Source of the DNA: Eledone cirrhosa
Lineage: Eukaryota
DNA: 64,000 nucleotides
Direction: 5' to 3'
Assembly (NCBI GenBank): GCA_964016885.1
Contig: OZ024749.1
Location: 186,001 to 250,000 of the forward strand
The notes under the pieces were generated by a model, which saw nothing but the letters and a program-made list of their open reading frames with translations, was not told where the DNA came from and searched no databases. The position numbers were made by a program, and so were the translations under genes. Positions 1-13,168 of this stretch are shown here, in pieces (the first letter of the stretch is position 1; every line of letters begins with the position of its first letter).

Positions 1-347
1 ATATGTATGTATATGTATGTATGTGTATATGTATATATGTATGTATATGTGTGTATGTATGTATATATGTATGTATGTGTATATATGTATGTATATGTAT
101 ATATGTATGTATGTATATGTATATATACGTGTGTATATGTATATATACTTATGTGTATATGCTTATGTATGTGTATGTATGTATATTTATATTATGTATA
201 TATATATATATATGTATGTATGTGTATGTATGTATATATATGTATGTATATGTGTATGTATGTGTGTGTATGTATGTATGTGTATATATGTATGTATGTA
301 TATATATATGTATGTATATGTATGTGTATGTATATGTATATGTATAT
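1..347. repeat. Compound (TATG/TA/TG)n microsatellite (also ~5726-6245, 11645-12164, 17554-18279)
   Basis: Alternating purine-pyrimidine low-complexity tract. It is the source of the spurious M/Y/V/C/I ORFs. Confidence 0.97.
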
Positions 348-675
348 GGAGGCACATGGCTTAGTGGTTCGAGCATTGGCCTGGCAATCGAAAGGTTGTG
401 AGTTCAATTCTCAGACCGGGTGATGTGTTGTTTCCTTGAGCAAGACACTTTATTTCACATTGCTCCAGTTTACTCAGCTGTAGAAATGAGATGATAGGGA
501 CTGGGGTCCATATCATTCCACTGCAAAGTGGTCGTGGAGGTGCCACGGCAAAAAAGCACTCAGCACTCACTGTAAATGAGGTTGGTGTTAGGAAGGGCAT
601 CCAGCTGTAGAAATCAAGCCAGAATCAGTTCCCGTCCCACCCTTGCAAGCAGGGAAAAAGCGGACTTAAAACGAA

Positions 676-707
<32 letters not shown>
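348..707 (+). mobile_element. tRNA-derived SINE with CORE-like centre and RTE-derived (GAT)n tail (copies 6246-6604, 12165-12523, 18280-18633)
   Basis: A-box TGGCTTAGTGG, B-box GAGTTCAATTC and central TCCTTGAGCAAGACACTT. The 3' end CCCGTCCCACCCTTGCAAGCAGGGAAAAAGCGGAC..(GAT)n is shared with the RTE end at ~34095-34157. Confidence 0.88.
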
Positions 708-708
<1 letters not shown>

Positions 709-750
709 TATGTATGTATGTGTATATGTATGTATATGTATGTATGTGTA

Positions 751-890
751 TGAGATGCAGTTTGGCTTTGTGCCGCTGAAAAGTGCAACAGATGCCCTCT
801 TTTTAGTGAGACAACTACAAAAGAGGTTCTTAGAGAAAAATAAGCCACTATACTTAGCTTTGGACATAGAGAAGGCTTTTGATAGAGAAC
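751..890 (+). mobile_element. RTE LINE RT fragment (in each array unit)
   Basis: EMQFGFVPLKSATDALFLVRQLQ..KPLYLALDIEKAFDR matches the RT ORF at 62440-63966. Confidence 0.9.
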
Positions 891-984
891 TCTTATAAAT
901 GACAACATATATATATGTGTGTGTATATATATGTTTTTTTTAAAACTATATATTTATTACTCCCTTAAGCAGAAGAAATATATT

Positions 985-1270
985 CCCAGATATCGAAGAT
1001 TACCACAATAACTAGGGAGCGGAAGTCAATAGATGCTGGACATTGCTGCTGAGGGTAGGATGACCTGATGAGCTGGCTCCTGTGGTGGATACCTAAACAT
1101 AGTAAGACCCAAGTGGGATGACTGAGGTTCACCTACATACATCAGATGTCTCTGGATCTCCAGCTGGAGATTAATGATCTCAGGAATGCCATGAAAAATC
1201 GTGACATCTAAAAAAGAAGAGTAGAATTGTTCTGGCCAATCCACCTGACCTAATAAACAATAATAATATT
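985..1270 (+). mobile_element. Decayed 3' end of a second RTE-like LINE family
   Basis: Manual translation KITTITRERKSIDAGHC..LLWWIPKHSKTQVG*LRFTYIHQ..DLRNAMKNRDI*KRRV resembles RTE ORF C-termini. A TAA-rich tail follows. Confidence 0.6.
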
Positions 1271-1339
1271 AACATATATTGATGAAAATTAATTATGGTG
1301 AAATATCTTAGAAATCATTCTCAGAGGTTTTGTATTGTA

Positions 1340-3536
1340 ATCCACACTTGCTCCTTGTGGCTTCTGATGCAGACATCATGTCCGCCATCAGCTCCTTCCC
1401 AGCTAGCAGCTGCGGAGATGTTGATGGTCTCTGACCAGGCCTCCTCAAGGAGTTGATATCTCCCCTCTCCGCTGAGGCCGGGTGCCGCCTTCTGAGTGCA
1501 ATTGTGGCGCTCACCAATAGGCTCATCCATGGCGCCCTGGACTCTTATGCTCGAGGCCTCTTTTTTTCGGCCAGCCTCACCGCTCTCAGGAAGAAAGAGA
1601 TTGGCATACGCCCCATTGCTGTGGGCAATGTCTTCCGGAGGCTGGCAGCCAAAGTGATCTGCAAGTCCGTAACACTCTGAACCGGCATCCAGGGACTCCA
1701 GCCACCTCATTGTCAAGTTTGACATGAGGAATGCCTTCAACTCTTTACGCTGGGATCATCTGCTCGAGGCCTGCCTCAGCCGAGCCCCCTCTGCCTAGCT
1801 GTCATATGGAGCCCCGAGCATGCGCCTTGCTGCTGATACGGTCATACCCTCGGCTACTGGGATCCAACAGGGCAACCCTTTGGGACCCCTCCTGTTCACC
1901 CTTGGTATTGACCACATCGCCCGCTCTCAACGTTTGGTATCTGGATGATGCTACTTTGGGTGGGCCCGTACAGGCGGTCTGCCATGACCTTCAATCGGTA
2001 GTTCCTGCCCTGGCGGGAATCGACCACCAGGTCAACTCAGCCAAGTCGGAGGTGGTGAATGTCAGCCTCGATGCTGCAAGCTTTGCAGTCTCCGTCTTGG
2101 ACGTGCGGTCCATTCTCCGCCAGGTTCAGGTGACCCCCAAAGAGGATGCCCTCACCGATCCACCCGCCGGCCATCCGCTCCTCCATCAAGTCCAGACTCT
2201 CACGAGCCGACTGGGCTTGATTGATGGCCACCCAGTTCTCTTTCTGCTGAGGAACTGCTACGCCATGCCGAAGCTCCTCTATACACTCTGTGCTACACCT
2301 AAACTTGTATCCGAGCAGCAGCCGATGAGATATGCAACTTTACCTGTCAGGTATGGCGGCCTTCGCCTCCAGTCCCCGATCTCACTAGCTTTGCCGGCAT
2401 ATCTTTCGTCGGTAACCTCGTACCACGTCCTCCTCAGCAGGGTTCTTCAAAACACAACAGAACCCTCTGTGTTCAGAGAACGCGTGGCCGCCTGTGAGAC
2501 GTGGGACCGGCTGGGACTTAGCCCAGTAGACGTTCCTCCTCCTTCTCCCCCTGTTGACGTCAAGTCCCCCCCAACACACTTGGGATGCCATCCAGTTCAG
2601 CCTGGCCTCAGACAGGCTCACGCGCCAGCTCGATCAGCACCGCCTTGTTTGTTTTCGTGCAGCCTCCAAACCCCACAGTGGGGCCTGGCTCCATGCCCTG
2701 CCCTCCTTCTCCACTCGCACGCAGCTAGACAACAATAGCTTGCGCATCGGCGTTTCCCTGAGGCTCGGCCTCACACCAATGTCGCTGCCGTTCCACCATG
2801 GACTCTTTCGGCCTCCACCCGCTTTCCTCTCGCCACAGTGCCAGCCGCAATCCACGCCATGCTGCCCTCAACGAAGTCATTAAGCATGGCTTGGACGCTG
2901 CAGGCTTCCCTTCCCAGCTCCAGTGGACGGCAAAAGGCTAGATGGCATGACCATCTTCCCGTTCCGCGGTGGCAAACCCCTCGTCTGGGATGCCACTTGC
3001 ACCGACACTTTCTGCAGCCGCAACCTGGTGCAGTCTGCGACTGGCCCAGGTTCTGCTGCACGTCAGGCTGAGGGGGCCAAACTCCTCACATATCGTTCAC
3101 TCTCCGACAGGTTTGCGGTCGTACCCCTGGAAGTGGAGACTTCTGGTGTCCTCGGCCCCAGGGCTACCTCCTTACTCACCACCATAGGCGCTGAGCTGGC
3201 CAGCCGCAGGTGTGAGCCCCGCGAGTTGGAGTGGCTTTTCCAGCGCGTGTCCCTTGCCGTGCTCCGGGGAAACGCCTTCTCCATTCTGTCCGCCGGGGCT
3301 GTGGGTGGGCCCCATCGCGTACCGTTATGAATGTATACAAAACAACTAAATCTCTTAAATAACTTCACTTATATCCAAAACATGATTTGTATATACATCA
3401 ACAGTGACTCATTATTATACGCCAGTCACGACCCCACTGCAAACACGATATCTATATAACAACCCCACCGTAAAACTACTCTTCCCCACTTTACAAACAC
3501 TTTATATTATTTGTCATTAAGGTTTCTTAAAATAAA
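1340..3536 (+). mobile_element. CRE-clade-like non-LTR retrotransposon (RT, CCHC knuckle, restriction-like endonuclease), 5'-truncated and frameshifted, copy 1
   Basis: Motifs in order: IRPIAVGNVFRRL, KFDMRNAFNSL, GIQQGNPLGPLLF, WYLDD, LPVRYGGL, GAWLHALP, CRC..HPLS, RHAALNE, RLDG..GKPLVWDATC, PLEVETSG. The AT-rich 3' UTR ends in AATAAA at 3531-3536. Confidence 0.88.
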
Positions 3537-4300
3537 TATATATACGTATGTGTAGTAATTAGTACAGGGACGAGTGTGTCTTGGTGGAGGGCACATGGGA
3601 CCAGCAAAGTCCTAAAAGTAGAGACCAGTAAATGAGATAAGGTCGTAGCTATGTTAAGAATATACATAAGAAACATGTTCTAAACATTTAAGAAATAATT
3701 ATTTACCTCTTTCATGTCGGTAATATAGCGGTGTTATAAAACTAATTATAACGACCGGTGTTAAAATAGAGAGAGATAGACAGATAAATGTGTGTCACAC
3801 TCTCACCCTCTCTTTAAATCTTTTACACTATCTAACTCGTACTTCTCACACTCTCTTTAAATCTTTTACTCTATCTACCTCTCATTTCTATCTGTGTATG
3901 TATGTATGTATGTATGTATGTATGTATGTATCTGTCTATGTGTAACTCGGTGTACTGGAGCAATATGAAGTGAAGTGTCTTGCTGAAGAAGACATTTTGT
4001 GGAGTTATATCATCGTTTCTTGTTATAAAGCTACTTATACTACCGGCGTAACAGTGGCTATAGGTGATAGATGTAGAAATAAAAGGCTGTAACAGCGATA
4101 TAAATATAGATGAAATAGTTTACCACGAGACTAAGAATGAATGTTTAATGGAATTAAGTGTAATCTAATAGGAAATAAGAGGCTAGAGCAGCGAAATGTT
4201 TACGTAAAATAAAAGAACAACAAAGAAGAGTGCAACATTGAAATTTTTTTTTTTTTTTTTTGTCGATATAAGCGTTATTTTATGCGCGATTTGCCTTGCT

Positions 4301-4413
4301 GCCGGCGTTGCTCAGTCAGTAGCAGCCCCGCTTACGAACTTCAGGAGCCAACGACTTTACATGGTTCGAATCTCACCCTCTCCGCTCTTGTCGAGTTATC
4401 TCCTACTCTTTTT
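4301..4413 (+). other. tRNA-like Pol III cassette or SINE head (copies ~10220-10332, 16100-16213)
   Basis: GCCGGCGTTGCTCAGTCAGTAG is A-box/D-arm-like, GGTTCGAATC at 4363 is a B box, and T5 lies at 4409-4413. The acceptor stem does not pair, so it is not a functional tRNA. Confidence 0.5.
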
Positions 4414-5174
4414 ACTTAGTTCCAGGTCATTAAAATAGAGCAAAGAGGGCGCGGCGATCGGCATATGCACTGGCTACAATGTTGAACTTTGGTACTGACT
4501 GCGTAGTTGAACGTTCCACATACCAACCGCCCAACTGGCCAGTCAACCGCATATGCGGCTGGCTGGCCGGTTGGGTAGTTGGCATATGTACTGGCTATCA
4601 TGCTGAACATTGTACTGACTGTCAAGTTGAACGTTCTAACCCTCTCTTTACATCTATTACTCTATCTACCGCTTATTTCTCCCCCTCTCTTTACTTCTAT
4701 AACTCTATCTCCCACTCTCTTTACATCTATTACAGTGTCTCCCTGTATATATACACGTATATATGCACTAGATTTTATAAGAAATCTACGTAATAATATA
4801 ATTAACAATAGTTGATGAATTAGACCAGAGTTAATTAAACAATAAATATGAATGAAATAGCAGTAGATGGCGAAACTTGAGTGTTGTGTGTGCATACATA
4901 TATATGAGGTAAACTGGTTCAAATACTGTCAGGATTATATTGGATCAAAGACTGTATTAAATAGAAAGTAAAAAATGAAGTGAAAATATAAAAACAAACT
5001 GAAAATTTCCCCATCCCTAGAAAAATTCATATCTTGTTATATATAGATAATTGGCGCTTTAAATTGAATAAATATTCATTTATATATATATATATGTATA
5101 TATATATGTACACTGATATATATGAGTGTATATATATATGTGTATATATATACTAATATATATATATATATATA

Positions 5175-5600
5175 TCAACTTCATCATACGTCCGCTTTTC
5201 CATGCTTGCAAGGGTGGGGTGGGAGCTGATTCTGGATTGGTTTCTACAGCTGGGTGCCCTTCCTGACGCCAACCCCGTTTGCAGTGAGTGCTGGGTGCTT
5301 TTTTTTTTCCGTGGCACCTCCACGTCAGCTTTACAGTGCGGGCTGGGTGCTTTTTTGCCGCGGCGCCTCCACGACCACTTTGCGGTGGGGTGGTGGGGTG
5401 GTATGTGTATACCCAGCCCATTGTCATTTGCCACACAGAAAAGCTTATAGCATCGTTCTTTACCCACGATGAATCTAGCAGACCCACCCCTCCACCTGGT
5501 CTCTTGAATACAACAAACATCGACCTCCTTACGTTCAAGCATTTCTACAACCTCGTTAGAGCCACCCTATAAGGTGCCTACATTAATGGTACCAACTCTG
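5175..5600 (-). mobile_element. RTE APE N-terminal fragment fused to an RTE/SINE 3' tail (in array units)
   Basis: NVGTL..VVEMLERKEVDVCCIQETRWRG is the APE domain I-II motif. It is followed on the minus strand by the GGAAGGGCA..CAGCTGTAGAAA tail. Confidence 0.8.
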
Positions 5601-6572
5601 AAGTTTTGGATTGCGTTTGGAGGTTGGGGGCGGTGGGGAGCGGGGATGGGGTTAGGGTTAGCCATCCGCGGCCGAAACAAAGAGGAGGAGCCCTTGCATT
5701 CTCGTCCATGAGGTGGATTTGTCTTTATGTATGTATATGTATATATGTATGTATGTGTGTGTATGTATGTATATGTATATATGAGTGTATATGTGTATAT
5801 GTATGTATATGTATGTGTATGTATGTGTTTGTATATATGTGTGTGTATGTATATATGTGTGTGTATGTATATATATATATATGTATGTATGTGTATATGT
5901 ATGTATATGTATGTATGTGTATATGTATATATGTATGTATATGTGTGTATGTATGTATATATGTATGTATGTGTATATATGTATGTATATGTATATATGT
6001 ATGTATGTATATGTATATATACGTGTGTATATGTATATATATAATTATGTGTATATGCTTATGTATGTGTATGTATGTATATTTATATTATGTATATATA
6101 TATACATATATGTATGTATGTGTATGTATGTATATATATGTATGTATATGTGTATGTATGTGTGTGTATGTATGTATGTGTATATATGTATGTATGTATA
6201 TATATATGTATGTATATGTATGTGTATGTATATGTATATGTATATGGAGGCACATGGCTTAGTGGTTCGAGCATTGGCCTGGCAATCGAAAGGTTGTGAG
6301 TTCAATTCTCAGACCGGGTGATGTGTTGTTTCCTTGAGCAAGACACTTTATTTCACATTGCTCCAGTTTACTCAGCTGTAGAAATGAGATGATAGGACTG
6401 GGGTCCATATCATTCCACTGCAAAGTGGTCGTGGAGGTGCCACGGCAAAAAAGCACTCAGCACTCACTGTAAATGAGGTTGGTGTTAGGAAGGGCATCCA
6501 GCTGTAGAAATCAAGCCAGAATCAGTTCCCGTCCCACCCTTGCAAGCAGGGAAAAAGCGGACTTAAAACGAA

Positions 6573-6605
<33 letters not shown>

Positions 6606-7249
6606 TATGTATGTATGTGTATATGTATGTATGTATGTATATGTATGTATGTGTATGAGATGCAGTTTGGTTTTGTGCCGCTGAAAAGTGCAACAGATGC
6701 CCTCTTCTTAGTGAGACAACTACAAAAGAGGTTCTTAGAGAAAAATAAGCCACTATACTTAGCTTTGGACATAGAGAAGGCTTTTGATAGAGAACTCTTA
6801 TAAATGACAACATATATATATGTGTGTGTATATATATGTTTTTTTTAAAACTATATATTTATTACTCCCTTAAGCAGAAGAAATATATTCCCAGATATCG
6901 AAGATTACCACAATAACTAGGGAGCGGAAGTCAATAGATGCTGGACATTGCTGCTGAGGGTAGGATGACCTGATGAGCTGGCTCCTGTGGTGGATACCTA
7001 AACATAGTAAGACCCAAGTGGGATGACTGAGGTTCACCTACATACATCAGATGTCTCTGGATCTCCAGCTGGAGATTAATGATCTCAGGAATGCCATGAA
7101 AAATCGTGACATCTAAAAGAAAAGAGTAGAATTGTTCTGGCCAATCCACCTGACCTAATAAACAATAATAATATTAATATATATTGATGAAAATTAATTA
7201 TGGTGAAATATCTTAGAAATCATTCTCAGAGGTTTTGTATTGTAATCCA

Positions 7250-9455
7250 CACTTGCTCCTTGTGGCTTCTGATGCAGACATCATGTCCGCCATCAGGTCC
7301 TTCCCAGCTAGCAGCTGCGGAGATGTTGATGGTCTCTGACCAGGCCTCCTCAAGGAGTTGATATCTCCCCTCTCCGCTGAGGCCGGGCGCCGCCTTCTGG
7401 GTGCAATTGTGGCGCTCACCAATAGGCTCATCCATGGCGCCCTGGACTCTTATGCTCGAGGCCTCTTTTTTTCGGCCAGCCTCACCGCTCTCAGGAAGAA
7501 AGAGGATGGCATACGCCCCATTGCTGTGGGCAATGTCTTCCGGAGGCTGGCTGCCAAGGTAATCTGCAAGTCCGTAACACTCGGAACCGGCATCCAGGGC
7601 CTCCAGCCACCTCATTGTCAAGTTTGACATGAGGAATGCCTTCAACTCTTTACGCTGGGATCATCTGCTCGAGGCCTGCCTCAGCCGAGCCCCCTCTGCC
7701 TACCTGTCATATGGAGCCCCAAGCATGCGCCATGCTGCTGATACGGTCATACCCTTGGCTACTGGGATCCAACAGGGCAACCCCTTTGGGACCCCTCCTG
7801 TTCACCCTTGGTATTGACCACATCGCCCGGAGTATAACGGCCTCTCTCAACGTTTGGTATCTGGATGATGCTACTTTGGGTGGGCCCGTACAGGCGGTCT
7901 GCCATGACCTTCAATCGGTGGTCCTGCCCTGGCGGGAATCGACCTCCAGGTCAACTCAGCCAAGTCGGAGGTGGTGAATGTCAGCCTCGATGCTGCAAGC
8001 TTTGCAGTCTCCGTCTTGGACGTGCGGTCCATTCTCCGCCAGGTTCAGGTGACCCCCAAAGAGGATGCCCTCACCGATCCACCCGCCGGCCATCCGCTCC
8101 TCCATCAAGTCCAGACTCTCACGAGCCGACTGGGCTTGATTGATGGCCACCCAGTTCTCTTTCTGCTGAGGAACTGCTACGCCATGCCGAAGCTCCTCTA
8201 TACACTCTGTGCTACACCTAAACTTGTATCCGAGCAGCAGCCGATGAGATATGCAACTTTACCTGTCAGGTATGGCGGCCTTCGCCTCCAGTCCCCGATC
8301 TCACTAGCTTTGCCGGTATATCTTTCGTCGGTAACCTCGTACCACGTCCTCCTCAGCAGGGTTCTTCAAAACACAACAGAACCCTCTGTGTTCAGAGAAC
8401 GCGTGGCCGCCTGTGAGACGTGGGACCGGCTGGGACTTAGCCCAGTAGACGTTCCTCCTCCTTCTCCCCCTGTTGACGTCAAGTCCCCCCCAACACACTT
8501 GGGATGCCATCCAGTGCAGCCTGGCCTCAGACAGGCTCACGCGCCAGCTCGACCAGCACCGCCTTGTTTGTTTTCGTGCAGCCTCCAAACCCCACAGTGG
8601 GGCCTGGCTCCATGCCCTGCCCTCCTTCTCCACTCGCACGCAGCTAGACAACAATAGCTTGCGCATCGGCGTTTCCCTGAGGCTCGGCCTCACACCAATG
8701 TCGCTGCCGTTTCACCATGGACTCTTTCGGCCTCCACCCGCTTTCCTGTCGCCACAGTGCCAGCCGCAATCCATGCCATGCTGCCCTCAACGAAGTCATT
8801 AAGCATGGCTTGGACGCTGCAGGCTTCCCTTCCCAGCTCGAGGGGACGGCAAAAGGCTAGATGGCATGACCATCTTCCCGTTCCGCGGTGGCAAACCCCT
8901 CGTCTGGGATGCCACTTGCACCGACACTTTCTGCAGCCGCAACCTGGTGCAGTCTGCGACTGGCCCAGGTTCTGCTGCACGTCAGGCTGAGGGGGCCAAA
9001 CTCCTCACATATCGTTCACTCTCCGACAGGTTTGCGGTCGTACCCCTGGAAGTGGAGACTTCTGGTGTCCTCGGCCCCAGGGCTACCTCCTTACTCACCA
9101 CCATAGGCGCTGAGCTGGCCAGCCGCAGGTGTGAGCCCCGCGAGTTGGAGTGGCTTTTCCAGCGCGTGTCCCTTGCCGTGCTCCGGGGAAACGCCTTCTC
9201 CATTCTGTCCGCCGGGGCTGTGGGTGGGCCCCATCGCGTACCGTTATGAATGTATACAAAACAACTAAATCTCTTAAATAACTTCACTTATATCCAAAAC
9301 ATGATTTGTATATACATCAACAGTGACTCATTATTATACGCCAGTCACGACCCCACTGCAAACACGATATCTATATAACAACCCCACCGTAAAACTACTC
9401 TTCCCCACTTTACAAACACTTTATATTATTTGTCATTAAGGTTTCTTAAAATAAA
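7250..9455 (+). mobile_element. CRE-like RT/RLE element, copy 2
   Basis: Same motifs, with knuckle CRC..HPLSC. It has an extra 1-nt deletion near 7920 relative to copy 3. Confidence 0.88.
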
Positions 9456-12400
9456 TATATATACGTATGTGTAGTAATTAGTACAGGGACGAGTGTGTCT
9501 TGGTGGAGGGCACATGGGACCAGCAAAGTCCTAAAAGTAGAGACCAGTAAATGAGATAAGGTCGTAGCTATGTTAAGAATATACATAAGAAACATGTTCT
9601 AAACATTTAAGAAATAATTATTTACCTCTTTCATGTCGGTAATATAGCGGTGTTATAAAACTAATTATAACGACCGGTGTTAAAATAGAGAGAGATAGAC
9701 AGATAAATGTGTGTCACACTCTCACCCTCTCTTTAAATCTTTTACACTATCTAACTCGTACTTCTCACACTCTCTTTAAATCTTTTACTCTATCTACCTC
9801 TCATTTCTATCTGTGTATGTATGTATGTATGTATGTATGTATGTATGTATCTGTCTATGTGTAACTCGGTGTACTGGAGCAATATGAAGTGAAGTGTCTT
9901 GCTGAAGAAGACATTTTGTGGAGTTATATCATCGTTTCTTGTTATAAAGCTACTTATACTACCGGCGTAACAGTGGCTATAGGTGATAGATGTAGAAATA
10001 AAAGGCTGTAACAGCGATATAAATATAGATGAAATAGTTTACCACGAGACTAAGAATGAATGTTTAATGGAATTAAGTGTAATCTAATAGGAAATAAGAG
10101 GCTAGAGCAGCGAAATGTTTACGTAAAATAAAAGAACAACAAAGAAGAGTGCAACATTGAAATTTTTTTTTTTTTTTTTTGTCGATATAAGCGTTATTTT
10201 ATGCGCGATTTGCCTTGCTGCCGGCGTTGCTCAGTCAGTAGCAGCCCCGCTTACGAACTTCAGGAGCCAACGACTTTACATGGTTCGAATCTCACCCTCT
10301 CCGCTCTTGTCGAGTTATCTCCTACTCTTTTTACTTAGTTCCAGGTCATTAAAATAGAGCAAAGAGGGCGCGGCGATCGGCATATGCACTGGCTACAATG
10401 TTGAACTTTGGTACTGACTGCGTAGTTGAACGTTCCACATACCAACCGCCCAACTGGCCAGTCAACCGCATATGCGGCTGGCTGGCCGGTTGGGTAGTTG
10501 GCATATGTACTGGCTATCATGCTGAACATTGTACTGACTGTCAAGTTGAACGTTCTAACCCTCTCTTTACATCTATTACTCTATCTACCGCTTATTTCTC
10601 CCCCTCTCTTTACTTCTATAACTCTATCTCCCACTCTCTTTACATCTATTACAGTGTCTCCCTGTATATATACACGTATATATGCACTAGATTTTATAAG
10701 AAATCTACGTAATAATATAATTAACAATAGTTGATGAATTAGACCAGAGTTAATTAAACAATAAATATGAATGAAATAGCAGTAGATGGCGAAACTTGAG
10801 TGTTGTGTGTGCATACATATATATGAGGTAAACTGGTTCAAATACTGTCAGGATTATATTGGATCAAAGACTGTATTAAATAGAAAGTAAAAAATGAAGT
10901 GAAAATATAAAAACAAACTGAAAATTTCCCCATCCCTAGAAAAATTCATATCTTGTTATATATAGATAATTGGCGCTTTAAATTGAATAAATATTCATTT
11001 ATATATATATATATGTATATATATATGTACACTGATATATATGAGTGTATATATATATGTGTATATATATACTAATATATATATATATATATATCAACTT
11101 CATCATACGTCCGCTTTTCCATGCTTGCAAGGGTGGGGTGGGAGCTGATTCTGGATTGGTTTCTACAGCTGGGTGCCCTTCCTGACGCCAACCCCGTTTG
11201 CAGTGAGTGCTGGGTGCTTTTTTTTTTCCGTGGCACCTCCACGTCAGCTTTACAGTGCGGGCTGGGTGCTTTTTTGCCGCGGCGCCTCCACGACCACTTT
11301 GCGGTGGGGTGGTGGGGTGGTATGTGTATACCCAGCCCATTGTCATTTGCCACACAGAAAAGCTTATAGCATCGTTCTTTACCCACGATGAATCTAGCAG
11401 ACCCACCCCTCCACCTGGTCTCTTGAATACAACAAACATCGACCTCCTTACGTTCAAGCATTTCTACAACCTCGTTAGAGCCACCCTATAAGGTGCCTAC
11501 ATTAATGGTACCAACTCTGAAGTTTTGGATTGCGTTTGGAGGTTGGGGGCGGTGGGGAGCGGGGATGGGGTTAGGGTTAGCCATCCGCGGCCGAAACAAA
11601 GAGGAGGAGCCCTTGCATTCTCGTCCATGAGGTGGATTTGTCTTTATGTATGTATATGTATATATGTATGTATGTGTGTGTATGTATGTATATGTATATA
11701 TGAGTGTATATGTGTATATGTATGTATATGTATGTGTATGTATGTGTTTGTATATATGTGTGTGTATGTATATATGTGTGTGTATGTATATATATATATA
11801 TGTATGTATGTGTATATGTATGTATATGTATGTATGTGTATATGTATATATGTATGTATATGTGTGTATGTATGTATATATGTATGTATGTGTATATATG
11901 TATGTATATGTATATATGTATGTATGTATATGTATATATACGTGTGTATATGTATATATATAATTATGTGTATATGCTTATGTATGTGTATGTATGTATA
12001 TTTATATTATGTATATATATATACATATATGTATGTATGTGTATGTATGTATATATATGTATGTATATGTGTATGTATGTGTGTGTATGTATGTATGTGT
12101 ATATATGTATGTATGTATATATATATGTATGTATATGTATGTGTATGTATATGTATATGTATATGGAGGCACATGGCTTAGTGGTTCGAGCATTGGCCTG
12201 GCAATCGAAAGGTTGTGAGTTCAATTCTCAGACCGGGTGATGTGTTGTTTCCTTGAGCAAGACACTTTATTTCACATTGCTCCAGTTTACTCAGCTGTAG
12301 AAATGAGATGATAGGACTGGGGTCCATATCATTCCACTGCAAAGTGGTCGTGGAGGTGCCACGGCAAAAAAGCACTCAGCACTCACTGTAAATGAGGTTG

Positions 12401-12491
12401 GTGTTAGGAAGGGCATCCAGCTGTAGAAATCAAGCCAGAATCAGTTCCCGTCCCACCCTTGCAAGCAGGGAAAAAGCGGACTTAAAACGAA

Positions 12492-12524
<33 letters not shown>

Positions 12525-13168
12525 TATGTATGTATGTGTATATGTATGTATGTATGTATATGTATGTATGTGTATGAGATGCAGTTTGGTTTTGTGCCGC
12601 TGAAAAGTGCAACAGATGCCCTCTTCTTAGTGAGACAACTACAAAAGAGGTTCTTAGAGAAAAATAAGCCACTATACTTAGCTTTGGACATAGAGAAGGC
12701 TTTTGATAGAGAACTCTTATAAATGACAACATATATATATGTGTGTGTATATATATGTTTTTTTTAAAACTATATATTTATTACTCCCTTAAGCAGAAGA
12801 AATATATTCCCAGATATCGAAGATTACCACAATAACTAGGGAGCGGAAGTCAATAGATGCTGGACATTGCTGCTGAGGGTAGGATGACCTGATGAGCTGG
12901 CTCCTGTGGTGGATACCTAAACATAGTAAGACCCAAGTGGGATGACTGAGGTTCACCTACATACATCAGATGTCTCTGGATCTCCAGCTGGAGATTAATG
13001 ATCTCAGGAATGCCATGAAAAATCGTGACATCTAAAAGAAAAGAGTAGAATTGTTCTGGCCAATCCACCTGACCTAATAAACAATAATAATATTAATATA
13101 TATTGATGAAAATTAATTATGGTGAAATATCTTAGAAATCATTCTCAGAGGTTTTGTATTGTAATCCA

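Noticed and set aside
3-423. Long M/Y/V/C/I- or H/T/Y/I-rich ORFs here and at 5.6-6.3, 11.5-12.2, 17.4-18.4, 23.2 and 40.1 kb
   Set aside because: They are translations of stop-poor TA/TG microsatellites.
1026-1244. Minus-strand 72-aa ORF with apparent splice sites, present in all array copies
   Set aside because: The opposite strand reads as a decayed RTE C-terminus, and the conservation only reflects the duplication.
5647-5660. GGGGTTAGGGTTAG telomere-like motif
   Set aside because: It is under three units and is mutated in the copy near 17480.
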